From positions 45,508,001-45,572,000 of the forward strand of contig OZ024749.1 in NCBI GenBank assembly GCA_964016885.1: DNA of 64,000 nucleotides. The letters run 5' to 3'. Source of the stretch: Eledone cirrhosa (taxonomy: Eukaryota). The translations under genes were made by a program, and so were the position numbers. How positions within the stretch are numbered: position 1 is the stretch's first letter; the number at the start of each line of letters is the position of its first letter. The notes under the pieces were generated by a model. That model saw only the letters and a program-made list of their open reading frames with translations. It had not been told where the DNA came from and ran no database searches. Shown piece by piece: positions 1 through 14,887 of this stretch.

Positions 1-428
<428 letters not shown>

Positions 429-836
429 GCTGATTTGATTTTTTCAATTACAGTAAACCAATTTAGATGTTATATTTTTAGGGAGTATCCGTAATATATG
501 AAACATCTGTCACCATTATCTGCCAATATATCTCCAATTGATGCAAATCATTCGAACGTATAGCTCTACGCCGGAATATAACGTTTTCGACATTCATGCG
601 CATAAACACTGGCAGGTGAAACATTCTCAGTCATCTACTCGAACTATCTCTCGTATATTTGTTTCTTGTACCCTCTTACTGTGTGTGTATGTGTGTGTTT
701 ATGTGTGCGTGCGTGTGTGTGTGTGTGTGTGAGTGTGTGTGTGAGAGACAGCGAGAGCGAGAGAAAGAAAGAGAGAGAGAGTGTGTTTGTATATATGTGT
801 AAGAACATATGTATGAGCGTGTATGATTTTATATTC

Positions 837-908
<72 letters not shown>

Positions 909-919
909 GTATATATATG

Positions 920-990
<71 letters not shown>

Positions 991-1012
991 GTATATATAT
1001 AGTTAGATAGGC

Positions 1013-1044
<32 letters not shown>

Positions 1045-1398
1045 CTTTCAAGCCATATTTCCATCTTTCGTTTTATCAATAAACATGTCTACCATTATTT
1101 GTTTGTCAACTTTTCTTTCATTTCATATGTCCAATTGTATTTCGTTTTGAGCATATACAGAAACGTATACAAATATCCACATATATACATATACTCGCAA
1201 AAACACATATGCCTACAATATCTATATATATATTGTGTTGTCAAGTATGAAATTTGTAGAAATCTCTTTTTTCTCTGAATTTTTAAATATGTCATACTTG
1301 ACGGCTCAATATATATATATATGTGTGTGTGTGTGTTGTGTGTGTGACTGTGTGTGTCTGTGTTTGAGAGAGATAGAGAGTGTGAGAGGGATGGAGAT

Positions 1399-1473
<75 letters not shown>

Positions 1474-2164
1474 GTGTGTGTGTGTTTTATAATTTGTGAA
1501 TTAAATTCCTAATGTATATACACAATTCTCTATCAGTTTAAACTATTTCTTCTTTCACTACTTTGTCTGATACACAATTCCAGCAAAGTCCATATTTTAG
1601 TACTGGACTATCTTGGCGCAACATGAGTTACATTTGGGTGACATTTATTATATCACGTTTGAATGCACCTGAAATATTTTTTTCATTTCAGTGTTTCGAA
1701 TTTTGACACGAAAATCAATTTTTTTAATATTATTTTTTTATTCTTGGATGAATAAGTTATGGATTATTAATTTTGATTAATTGAATAGGTTGTATTGAAT
1801 GGAAAAGTAAATCGTGTGACCAATGAAGTATACCAAAACGAGTACAGACTATTGTTAACTTGATTGAATGTTAAATGGCTTATGCTATTTAAATATAACA
1901 CTATTTAAATATATTAGATTAGTGAAAATTAAGTTTGTAGAACTCTTTAGCATAAATATGTACGAATGATTTATATAGGGTTTACAATATTTGATTTCAT
2001 CATATCTGGTATCATGTATAATCAGAGAGTAGCAGAATCACTAAAGGTAGTTTCTTTTACCACAATTCCATCAAAAACATGATTTTCATCAATGATTTTC
2101 TACCAGGCTACTCATGACTGAGTGGGTATATATTTATACACACACACACACACACACACAGACA

Positions 2165-2232
<68 letters not shown>

Positions 2233-2386
2233 TATAATAATAATAATAAATGTGAAGACTAAAATCCGAAGAAGGATCGATAAGGATAAATATGTATCAA
2301 ATATATAAAAATCATAGACCAAATATTCATTAAAATAACAGATTAGATTTGAAGCAGCGATTCTTTGCTTAAACTTTAATCTGTTA

Positions 2387-2430
<44 letters not shown>

Positions 2431-2438
2431 TACATATA

Positions 2439-2503
<65 letters not shown>

Positions 2504-3496
2504 TCACACATATACATATGCCTTAATGCTACATATACATTTGTAAAAACTATAGAACTAATATAGAAGAGAGAAAGCGCAAATAAAATGTCAATCAGGA
2601 AAAATAAACAAGACAAAACGATGCATTCATTAATTTTGTTCGCTATTTGAAACTCTTAATTTCAAGTCATCATTCGGGCAAGCTTTGATTTTCGCGTAAC
2701 GTTGGTCGATACTTTAATTAACATTATTATATTGAGAACTCATTTGTCGAACTTTAGGCGACCTTTGCTTACAATTTAATCTTATACCTAAAGGGAAAAC
2801 AGCAGATACGGGAATTTACGTATTTATTTATCATAAATTTATGTTTGATATACCCTCGAAATTGAAAGGAATGCTATCGGCTTCTTCCTTAAAATTATGA
2901 ATCATTTATTATTATTATTTTTTCCTTTATTTTATAATGTTGAACACACACGAGAAATATTTCTTAATTAATATTAAAAAAAACATCGAACAATAGATTT
3001 TAAATTAAATTGAACATTTTACATATTTTATTTTTATTGAAGTCTTGACCGTTAAAAGCCGCAGGAAGCCTCTTGGATCTAATTGAAGCATTGTTTTAAA
3101 CTGAAAAAAAAGTTTTCCCCGAATATGAAGGAATTTTAAATTTTTAGAGATATCTTTGAATTTAATGTCATTCGGTACTTCGGAGATGTGAATATTTAAA
3201 ATAAATGTGAATTCATATTTTTGATACTTATATAAACAAATGTACATATAACCAAATTAAGAAGAAGTTTATCATGTGGTAGAATAAATTTTTGTGTAGT
3301 TTTTCGGAAAGGATAATTCATAATTTGAATATACGAACAGAGAAAAATATAAGTAAATTAATACTTACAGGATTTTGAATAAAACACCGTTAATTTATTT
3401 GAGGAATCTATTTAAGAATTCAGGATTAGGTACAACATTTGAAAATGTGGACATACGTATATGTACGCAAATATTTGTATGTATATACATATATAT

Positions 3497-3955
3497 GGTA
3501 GACCAGTCAAGAATGAATCGCACTCCAAATATCTTGGTGTAACATTGGATCGCATCCTGACCTAACGAGAGCAGCTAAAGAGGGTTGCCGGAAAACTTAA
3601 GACCAGGATTATTTTGAGCCGCATGTTGGCAGGAAACAGCAGGGGGCCACGTGTGGCATAAGTAGATGATCGGTGAGGCAGCAACTCTTACCAAGTCCAG
3701 GAGCGACTTTCCAAATATGTTGAGCTAGAAAACCTTCCCGAAATTGCGTTTGAAATGAGGCAAATAATTGGGGAATCAATGAATACCTTCAGCACAATGA
3801 CATTGATCTGAAGAAATATTTGTGTTGATCAGGGAAACAATCCAGAGTTGCAGTCCAAGACCTCTTCCAGGACCCGATATCTCAATCAGCGGTCTTTGTC
3901 CTTCCTAGAAAGTAATGGATGTCCCTTAATCACATCCGCACATCACGTGCCAGGA
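3497..3955 (+). pseudogene. Decayed non-LTR retrotransposon RT/thumb fragment (I-group, Ingi/Vingi-like)
   Basis: Translation from 3521 gives HSKYLGVTLDRILT*REQLKRVAGKLKTRIILSRMLAGNSRG, matching the LINE motif YLGVTLDRxLxxxxHL...LAGxxWG, with an in-frame stop. The clade is recognised from memory only. Confidence 0.75.
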
Positions 3956-4075
3956 AACAAAGACACACAAAAACATAAACACATACACACACACCTATTT
4001 ATATATCTATATCTATATCTATCTATCTATCTCTTTTAGTCTTTCTCTCTCTCCCCCCCCCCCCCGCTATCTCCC

Positions 4076-4180
<105 letters not shown>

Positions 4181-4191
4181 TACATACATAA

Positions 4192-4259
<68 letters not shown>

Positions 4260-4261
4260 CC

Positions 4262-4430
4262 GCAATTTGATTACGCTTCTTTAAATTCTGATTTCAAACC
4301 TGTCCGAAGTCAGCTTTGACTTCCATTTTCCAGATTATATGAAGAGAATTATCAATCACACAATGAGATCGAAATAATAGACATTTCCCATTTATTATAT
4401 AATTGCTAGCCTTGTGCATGAATATTAAAA
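4262..4430 (+). mobile_element. Old degenerate SINE family 1 copy
   Basis: ctgatttcaaacctgtccgaagtcagctttgacttccat...aattgctagccttgtgc resembles the family B-box, core and tail. Confidence 0.5.
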
Positions 4431-4720
4431 TATACTATACAAGTAGTAGTATTAGTAGTAAATTTCATAACAGAGAATCTTGAAGTAGTGAAAGTAGCAG
4501 CAGCAGCGACTGATGCAGCATGCAGAGTGTGTGATAATTATTTCTGAAAGTTCAGCATATTTGAAAACATAAAAATAACGCGCCCCATAGAATAATGGAT
4601 TTAATTAAAGGCCGCGTGTTTAAATCATGAAAATACACTAAAAGAGAACTAAAAGGGAAAAATCAAAAACAATATACACACATATATACACATATAAACA
4701 TATACACATATATGTATATT

Positions 4721-4908
<188 letters not shown>

Positions 4909-5353
4909 ATCTACATATACACATATGCATACATATATACATATGCATAGATATATACATATGTACATGCACACATATATATATATGTACACGTGTATGT
5001 GTATATGTGTGTGTGTATTTATATATACATTTGGTGTAATAACACAATAATTGGGAAGCACCTCTAAGAAAAGTTTTTGCGACAGCATTTGATAGAATAA
5101 TCACTGAAAGAGTGGAGGAATGTTCTCAGTGAAAGTTTTAAAGAGACGCTTACAAAGAAAGAGAGAGTGTTAGACATGGTGAGCAAAATATATTTGACTA
5201 AAACGGACGCCGAAAATATTGGTTTAACCGTAGAATAAAAAAAATAATAATTTCTGACAAAATGTATAATTAATGTTCCGAATACGACTAAGGACATTGA
5301 AATCACGTCACATCACTAATATTTCTATCGATATTATTATTATTATTATTATT

Positions 5354-5426
5354 TGTACCGTTCTGTATTGTCCTGTACTGTCCTTAATGTCTACTTTATG
5401 TAAACCCTTGTGGTTAATAAAGAAAG

Positions 5427-5427
<1 letters not shown>
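5354..5427 (+). mobile_element. LINE 3' end (Tx1/L1-like) between two (ATT)n tracts
   Basis: T-rich UTR-like sequence ending tgtaaacccttgtggttAATAAAgaaagc, flanked by (ATT)n at 5333-5353 and 5428-5457. Confidence 0.55.
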
Positions 5428-5457
<30 letters not shown>

Positions 5458-5658
5458 TGCGACCTACGTAGTAAATCGTATCATCGTGAGCTCCGCAAAG
5501 GTTTGTTATTTTTAGTTGTTTAAAATTGCCATTTATGAAAAATGTATATAAGTGCACATGCATTGATTTCTGAAAAAGACACTCAAAAATATTGTGGCCT
5601 TGAGCCCAAAATTTAAACTTTTTATAATTATCAAACAAACATTTTTCTTTGAAAAATC

Positions 5659-6929
5659 ATGGATGACTCAGAGTCACTCCTTCCTCACAATATAACACCT
5701 CACACCGACACCACCATTGTAAATATTGCTACGTTTGCCAACACTGGAAATGTAAGCAGTAGCAATATTTTAAATTTGTCTCATGCAGACCTTCATTTCC
5801 CGCCATTACCAATGACTGCAGGTGTTAAAGCCGCCACCACCACCACCACAGCGACAACAGAAACAAAAGAAAAAAATAAATTAACTCGTGATATCGAAAT
5901 GAATTCAACCAAAATGAACTCTTCCACACCGAACACCACTGACGCCACCACAACCACAACTGAAACTAAAATTAACAATTACAAAAATAACGATAACAAC
6001 AACAGCAACAATGAAATTAAGAAAACTACCCTGAGTTTTGCCAGAGTAGCAAAAACGTGCGAAGCGATCCAGGTAACTCAGGAGGAATTAGAAGAAGCCA
6101 AAGGAATGGTAAATAAAGATGGGTACAGGGTCAGCCCCCCCCCCACCTAATAAAATGGACCATCGTCGCCTATGCACCGTGTCTAATCGGACAATTAACA
6201 TAAAATCGCGCCGAGGGGAACGGGCATCCGAGTCCCAAATCCAAAAAGCTTTGGGACATGTGTGGGCAAAAAAAACCCACATCAGACGTGGGCAGAAATA
6301 TGGAACCGTGGACGTGTTGTTTGAAACACCACAGGAGGCCAGAGAACACTCCATGGCTCCATTAAGAAGTGACGACTTCACACTCGTCCCAAGATATTGT
6401 GGCCAGAGACTTGTGAAGATCAGGGTGACCAACGTTCCACCGGCCATCGAAATTCCCTGGCTAATGGCTGCCGTCCTCGCCGACATCGAGGCCAACACCA
6501 AGATAATTGAAATAGCGAAGGAAAAGCAGGAGAACTGGTCCGGATCTGGGAGGGTGCTCCTGAACCAAGAGGACCATAAAAGCATTGAGGAGATCCCAGA
6601 GGTAATATACCTCACTGACGGCAGCCACCTCACCGTAATCGTCGAGGGCAGAAGGCCTAGGTGTGTCGTTTGTGGTGAAGGAACCCACCTAAGGGCTTTC
6701 TGCCCTCAGGCTAAAAGGTTGAGGCCACCTCTCTTACCCACCCCAGTGATTCAACCATCAACAGCACCAGCAGCAGAAATGGCAGCAACAACTGTAGCAG
6801 CAACAGCAGAAGCAACTGTAACAGCAACAACCCCAGCAACAGTAGCAAAACCAATACCACCACCACCCATCGCGCCAGAAATAGCACCAGCGCCTACACC
6901 ATCCACCACGCCACAACTAAAACAAACGC
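5659..6929 (+). pseudogene. Non-LTR retrotransposon ORF1 (gag-like, CCHC zinc knuckle), frameshifted and 3'-truncated
   Basis: ORFs 5659-6150 and 6119-7021 join if the C10 run at 6135-6144 loses one C. The protein has a low-complexity N-terminus, an SFARVAK motif, an RRM-like segment, CVVCGEGTHLRAFC (Cx2Cx4Hx4C) and an A/T/P-rich tail. No ORF2 follows. Confidence 0.8.
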
Positions 6930-7214
6930 CTGTATTATTATTAATATTAGTTCTGTTGTTTTTGTTCTTGTTGTTACTAACCATATTGTTATTAATATTA
7001 TGTTATGTTCATATCGATTAAGGTGTTGAACATGGTGTTTAGTATATTAATAATTCCAAATAATCAAAAATTCATTATCAACATTGGCACACACGCTAAA
7101 TCAGAAAATTTTAGGCATAACTACATAAACATTTAAATAAGGTTAGTAAAAACTGATAAAAATAACACACCAGAAAATGAAATATATGCTACACAAGAGA
7201 CAGTATAATATTGG

Positions 7215-7420
7215 TTTGAAATTCAGAAACAAGGCCGGATAATTTAGGGTAAAAACAACGTTGATTACAAAGATTTAAATACATGATTGGTAGTATATTT
7301 TATCGAATCGGATGAGTGAATGTTCAAGTTGATCATGCAAGGGTTTCCCCTTAAAAGGCCAGACTATATACCGCTATGGCATTATATGCGACCCACTACA
7401 AATTCTCCCAGTCCAGCGCC
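7215..7420 (-). mobile_element. Old degenerate SINE family 1 copy
   Basis: acaaggcc...ttttatcga...gcgacccactacaaattctcccagtccagcgcc parallels the minus-strand consensus. Confidence 0.55.
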
Positions 7421-7624
7421 TAATATTAAAACTGAACTTAATGCAAGAGATATGATAGTAACAATAAATCTGGAAATAATATCAGTTTAAATATCACGTT
7501 TAAATAACATGAGCAATACAAAAATCTCAATAAATACATATAAAGAGTGGACTATATAAAACATTCTATACAGAGCAGGTTATGTGAGATAAATGATACC
7601 AAAATGGGTTTGAAAAGCGCATCT

Positions 7625-7703
<79 letters not shown>

Positions 7704-7879
7704 ATGTATATACGATGTACAGAAATTAATGTTTAGCATAGTCTGGTTTCTCCGTATGGGATATCAAAACATTTGCTACTACTTTAAATTAATTTTCCTC
7801 ATTAAACTACTGCATGATGATTCTCGAGCTTATTGGGTAGGGATGCTTCTCTCCTTGCTTAACTAAGGGTTACAAGTGT

Positions 7880-7971
<92 letters not shown>

Positions 7972-7973
<2 letters not shown>

Positions 7974-8298
7974 AATTACACAATTATCAAAGTTATGTTC
8001 AAATCATTTAATCGCTGACAATTGTTTCTTCCACACTTTAGTTTGGTGTCATCGGAGTATTATCAATGTGTGTACATATAATTACCCTCCTATTCAACTG
8101 AACAATTATATAGATACATATATATTGATGTTGTGAACAGCAGTTTAGTATATACGGGGTGTAATGGGTGCGACATATATTATACGTTCTTACATTGAAC
8201 CATTTCTCTTTCTGGTAATAAGGTAGTAATAAATTACTGACCTTTCCTGTTTATAGTTTTTTATAGTATAGTATATACATAACTATAAATAGTATCTT

Positions 8299-8302
<4 letters not shown>
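7972..8302 (-). mobile_element. PLE-like short element, family A, with HHR-like motif at about 8013-8059 (-)
   Basis: Minus strand reads CCGATGA-cacca..tgga-a-GAAA-C-AATT-GTC-agcg-ATTAAA. Both ends align with 38761-39700. Flanked by (TA)n(GA)n and (TA)n. Confidence 0.7.
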
Positions 8303-8344
<42 letters not shown>

Positions 8345-8431
8345 TTATATTTGTATACATATATATAGATATACTTACATATAGTACATTAATATATACA
8401 CAGACTCACACCTGCACTCACTCCAGCACAT

Positions 8432-8666
<235 letters not shown>

Positions 8667-8835
8667 ATAGTATGCATACATACATATGTTGGCAGTGTGT
8701 ATATACGGCCTACGTATGTAGGTTAACATCTCAATTAGTAATTGGTGATTTTTAATTACTGGTTGTCATATGAAATTTAAATATATATTTTATCCATCAT
8801 GCAGTTATGCGTATACATAATTTAACACATAGTTA

Positions 8836-8870
<35 letters not shown>

Positions 8871-9088
8871 GGGGGGGGTGCGTGTGTGTGCGTATGTGTG
8901 TGTGTGTGTTTATGTTTGTGTGTATGTATATATTTATATATACACCTATACATTCAAATAGAGGTATTCATACATATTTAAATATATATATATACATATA
9001 TATATGCATACACAAACACATTAATACATACATATATATACACACACACATATAGATATGTATATGTATATATATATCTTTCTTTCTA

Positions 9089-9126
<38 letters not shown>

Positions 9127-10089
9127 GAGGAATGTATATATATATATATATATATATACATTCCTCTATCCCTATCGTTATGGATAGTAACAAAAATACA
9201 TTTCTACAAGCATGTTTACAATCATATCTACATTTAGAAGTGTTTACTATGTCATCTAAAGGAAATTATCTCTTTCAATATTACCTAAAGGAACACACGA
9301 GTTTTTGATATGTTTCATGTTCTCTACTCATATTATTTCTTCTGAAATTACTTTGTACTTATCTCAAATATGTGTAATCAATTTTACTTTAAGCAATATT
9401 CACGTGTCTTTGTACTTTCCTTTAATTTTATATATATTCACGATGAACTGATTACGTAATCAACAGTTACTAATGTTATTCAGTGTATAATTAGCTAAGA
9501 TACAAGTAATACATCATAGATATTTCAAAGATATATATGCTTTGTGATTATATACATGTGCTTATGTAGAAGTTAGTTTTTCAATATTGGGCTATCGCCA
9601 TTTATAATGATTTTCGTATTTTCTTCTGTATTTGATTTAGGAAGCTTATGTGTTTGTAAAACTAACTAGTCAATACAAATATAATTACCAAAAATTAAGA
9701 CATCCTAGTGGATATTAATTTATGTTACGTCCCGTAAAAAATATATGTAAGACAACGCTATTTGAAATTACATCGTGTGACTTTAAAGTTTACCCGATGA
9801 GCTAAACAATTATATTCATTTCTGGTAGTATTTTAACCCATCAACCCTTTTAAAATCATCTCTCAAAATCACGTGAGTTAATCTTATTTGCAAGCATTTG
9901 GACGCAGATTGCGTCCTGGGTATATATTGACATTCTGAGTAGCTTCCTCTTAAAAGTACATTCCTCTCACACACTGTTGATAATCAGCAAAAGTCCAAGC
10001 TATTAATAAATGTACCTGTCTAATCGAAATCGTTATTGCCGCATACGCAACAGCCTTAATTATTTCTACTCATATACTTATATAATATA

Positions 10090-10212
10090 GCAGTTGAAAA
10101 GCCGGGAGCTCAGCTGTCGGTGTCCTGACTTTCTTATAACAATACTGTACTACCCCACGTAATGTGTACTCTGGAGAGTAATGGTCTAACCAGTTTCTTA
10201 CTGTATCCTTCT

Positions 10213-10215
<3 letters not shown>
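10090..10215 (+). mobile_element. Diverged copy of PLE-like family E
   Basis: ttgaaaagccgggagctcagctgtcggtgtcct...atggtctaaccagtttcttac parallels 24611-24755 and ends at (TA)n. Confidence 0.65.
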
Positions 10216-10247
<32 letters not shown>

Positions 10248-10251
<4 letters not shown>

Positions 10252-10468
10252 AGATGTCAACATGAATAGACCTGTTATTTTTATCTAAAGACATTTTTCC
10301 AATTCCAACTCCACCTGTTCCCTCAATCTATCTTATTTCTCATATTTTCTTCAGGTGAAGGACTAGCGTCCGAAACGTTAAGACCCTCTTCCTGCTATAC
10401 CAAGCGTTAATCTAATATATCCCTTCCATATACTGTACTGATTGTGTTGTTATTTCTGTTTACCTTTT
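10248..10468 (+). mobile_element. PLE-like family B with mutated HHR (10348-10383)
   Basis: Homologous to 25977-26200: tctt-caggtga-a-ggac tagc gtcc-GAAA-C-GTT-aaga. (TA)n on both sides. Confidence 0.75.
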
Positions 10469-11769
10469 ATATATATATATATAATATTTATATATATATA
10501 TATATAAAGATACAGAACTTAGCGTTGTTTTGAAAATTGGGTTTGTTTACAAATAGTGGAGAATTTCACAATTAGATAGAGAAATAGAGCTTCCACCGTA
10601 TTTTTGACTAAGTAAATTAGTCTAATATTTAGTGTTATAAAAACTCCCAGATTGGAAAAAGGATGTGCATTGACGTACATCTTTGGCTATCATGACCACT
10701 GGCTCAACATTACACCAATACGTCATTTCCCAAATTGCCTTTCCTATTTAAAAGCTATATATTGGGATCCGTGTGAATATGGCTGGTATCCTTAGCATGT
10801 ACTAGCTAGCAATTTCATCCATCACATACCTAATTCTTTGAAGGAAATGAGAAATAAATATGTGGTCGATGATATCAAAAGTGAAAGAAAAGGAGAAGAA
10901 TATAAAGAATTACAAAAAAAAAACAGAAATAAACATATAAAAGTAGATAAATGAATAAATAGAGAAAGCAAAAAAGAAAGAACGAAAGAAAGACAGAAAG
11001 AAAGAGATAAAGAAACACAGAAAGAAAGACAGAAGAAAAGAAAGAAAGACAGAAAGAAAGAGAGAAAGAAAGACAGAAGAAAAGAAAGAAAGACTGAATC
11101 GTGGACATCTTGCAATCGGACGAAATCATTCTTTATATCCTAGGCAACATTATCCAGGCTATCTTATATCTAGTGTAGTTGTGTGTTTGTTATTTTTTTT
11201 CTTCTAAGTAGGTGAAGATGATTTATGCTGTCCAGCTTGATCCTTAATTACCGGTATGGTCAAAATTAGGATTCTGCGGTTGCAAAATCAATAAATGCGC
11301 GTGGTTTTTACTGATCCGACGCAAATATTAGCTCTACTGACTGAGAGCTGCTGAATATAATGTTGAAGGTTTAAGCCAAACCACATTCTCTTAAGAGGGG
11401 ATTTCTCAGATCTAACGGCAAATCCTATTTTTTCCGTGTTCGACGATGAGAAGAAGCATACATCAAAGACACAGAGAAGACACGAACACAATCTCAAGAT
11501 AAACATACAACATGCAAATACACACATATATATATAGACACACACACTGATATATAATTTTATATGTGGGTGTGTATTCGTATGTGTGTGTGTATGTGCA
11601 GCTGTGTGTATGTGAGTGAACGTGTGTCTGTTTATGTGTATGTGTATGTGTGTAAGTCTGTTTATGTGTGTGTTTGTGAGCGTGTGCTTGCCATATGTAT
11701 CTTATTTGTTTGTAATCACATGCTGCAAATATTGTCTGCATATTTAATTATAATTAAACATATATGCAC

Positions 11770-11850
<81 letters not shown>

Positions 11851-11858
11851 ATATATAT

Positions 11859-11979
<121 letters not shown>

Positions 11980-11992
11980 TATATATATATAT

Positions 11993-12041
11993 GCTTCCTG
12001 AAGATTTCATCTGAATGAAACAGTACTAGTCCTGTAAAAGC
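11993..12041 (+). ncRNA. Type I hammerhead ribozyme (family C)
   Basis: gcttc-CTGAAGA-t-ttc atct gaa-t-GAAA-cag tactagtc ct-GTA-aaagc. Helix III is ACAG/CTGT; helix I is gcttc/gaagc in the family consensus. Confidence 0.75.
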
Positions 12042-12131
12042 TCCTTCTATAAAATAAAAAAAATTTACTCTGCCTTGCTTGTATTGAGTACCTTACTTAC
12101 TGTGGTTATCCCCGACTCAACCCGGGATCTA
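11993..12131 (+). mobile_element. PLE-like family C, starting exactly at HHR helix I
   Basis: Homologous to 36424-36693, 40040-40262 and 40366-40536; flanked by (TA)n and (CA)n. Confidence 0.8.
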
Positions 12132-12136
12132 CGTAT

Positions 12137-12211
<75 letters not shown>

Positions 12212-12835
12212 CATATATAAACACATATTTCTACGTATATAAACACACATATAGTTATACGTATATAATACGAGGGTCGAATGAAATGTTCCTTGGCTGA
12301 CCAGGACACTCTCTTGGAGTAACCTAATGAGGCCTTCTTTTTTCAACATATAGAATGGAAAGAAACAATGTAGTCATTAATGAGAATAGTTGAAATTTAT
12401 GCATGTATGATTTAACAGCGTGCATCCATCCTTCATAGTCTGACTATAAACTTTTCAACCAAATAACGTATACATTTTGTGTAAAAGTGTATATAAACGT
12501 TTCACTTCAGTGAAGTGTTGGTAATTTTCACGTTCTAAATTCATCGATACTCATTCTTCGTTGAATGGGGCCCATAGTCATATGAGAAATATAGGAAGAA
12601 AAGAAAATATAAAGATTTTGATTGTAGCCTTGCAACGTGTCTGTTCTGTATTGATAACAGGTACATCACACGCGAGAGGTTCGGAAAATGTTTATCAATT
12701 GTTTGCCGTAAAACAGACACATGGAGTTTAGATTCGTTAGGTATATAAAATAATTTTATGTGTAATGATATCATGATATCATATTGGTATCTTCCACAAT
12801 GAGAAAACAAGTAAATATTGAAGGAACTGAAATAT

Positions 12836-13014
12836 ATAATTGTTTCTACATTAGGCACAAGGCCAGCAATTACTCAGTGCATTACTGGTACTTTATTTTA
12901 TCGACCCCGTAAGGATGAAAGGCAAAGTCAACCTCGGCGGGATTTGAACTCAGATCGTAAAGGGACGTAACTATGCTGGAAAGCATGGCGTACGACCCTC
13001 TACCGATATTGCCA
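12836..13014 (-). mobile_element. tRNA-derived SINE family 1
   Basis: Near-identical to 47863-48052; B-box GAGTTCAAATCC; the 5' end runs into (TA)n. Confidence 0.92.
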
Positions 13015-13030
13015 TATATATATATGTATA

Positions 13031-13069
<39 letters not shown>

Positions 13070-13122
13070 TTAAAATACTTGAGTGCTTGTTCTGGCCGTT
13101 AATGCTTCTCGTCTCTTTACTT

Positions 13123-13163
13123 GCTCTGATGAGTCCCTATTGATGGGACGAAACACTGTCAGC
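13123..13163 (+). ncRNA. Minimal type I hammerhead ribozyme with canonical core, in TA-flanked element 13066-13210
   Basis: gct-CTGATGA-gtccc tattgat gggac-GAAA-C act GTC-agc, then AATAAA at 13165-13170. Confidence 0.88.
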
Positions 13164-13211
13164 TAATAAAGACTTTTGATGTATTGAAGGCTTCTTTGTT
13201 TATTTTTCATA

Positions 13212-13281
<70 letters not shown>

Positions 13282-13318
13282 GTATATATTTATATATATA
13301 TATGTACATATATACCCC

Positions 13319-13369
<51 letters not shown>

Positions 13370-13890
13370 GCGTGTGTGTAGGTGTGTATGTGTGTATGCG
13401 TAGATATGTATATATATATATATTGATATATCGATAGCTAAACATGCATGTAATCATATTTGAGTATTTGCCTGTAACTATGTTCACGGTCGAACACTGA
13501 AAAATGAAGGCACAAGAGCATATGCACACACATACGCATGTTTTTAAATGATATCGTTTGTAAATCGATAGTTACTCACAACAACAGAAACTGATACTCA
13601 CACATGTATATGTGTATTTTTGTATCTGTTTATAAAGATACGCACGCATCATATAGATGAAATGAAAGAGGGTTTCCCAATATTTAATCTTTCTCTATGT
13701 TTATTTATGGTTTAGCTCTCACACGCAGGCCTTTCTCCTTCCACGAGATCTTACTCCACATTGCATTGTAAGTACACAAACCACTGCCACATATTCTCAT
13801 ACTACATATATAAAGATTCACCGCACAGACACACACAAACACACACGAACACACACACACGCACACACACACACACATACATACACACAC

Positions 13891-13929
<39 letters not shown>

Positions 13930-14013
13930 CACATATATATATATATATAAATATATATATATAAATATATATATATATTTATATATATATATAAATAAAT
14001 ATACATACGCAGG

Positions 14014-14068
<55 letters not shown>

Positions 14069-14257
14069 ATGTATATATGTATGTATGTATATATATATAT
14101 ATACATATACATGAATATATATATATATATATATATATACGTGTTTGTGTGTGTGTTTGTCTTTCTGTGTGTGTGCATCTGTGCTATTGCACTCGTGAAT
14201 ATATATATATATATGTGTGTGTTTGTGTGTGAGTGTATGTGTGTGTGTGTGTGGGGG

Positions 14258-14303
<46 letters not shown>

Positions 14304-14672
14304 GTGTATGCGTGTGTGTGTGTGTATCCTTTTATGAAACATTGATGGGCAGAGAAGATAAACAAAGATATAGCATAAAGTCAGGCCCACCTAAACATAG
14401 ACGAACGTACATACTAGCTATACAGAGCCTTAAACGCTTACACACATACATCAAGGTATATGCAATACACACTTATACATGTACGTGTCTACGCATAAAT
14501 TATATATGCACGCTTTATTGGAGACACTTGTGGAATTGGTTTGGCTCCCACACTGCTCTTTTTACCCGATCTTGACGGCCTGGAAGGAATATATAGATAG
14601 GAAATCTACAGTAATCAAACAAAAATGAGCACGAAAAAATAATAAAAATCAGTTCAGATATGTTAGATCACG

Positions 14673-14734
<62 letters not shown>

Positions 14735-14838
14735 GGGTAAATTCTGGCAAACAGACATGCACACGCACACAGAGACAAGCAAATAGACACACACACACAC
14801 ATACACACACACATACACACACACAAACACACACGCAG

Positions 14839-14887
<49 letters not shown>

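Noticed and set aside
6930-7021. Hydrophobic 'transmembrane' C-terminus of the 300-aa ORF
   Set aside because: Read-through into unrelated T-rich sequence after the ORF1 truncation; composition changes abruptly.
11212-11253. Exon-like segment with acceptor and GTATGG donor
   Set aside because: Stops in all three frames and a weak donor.
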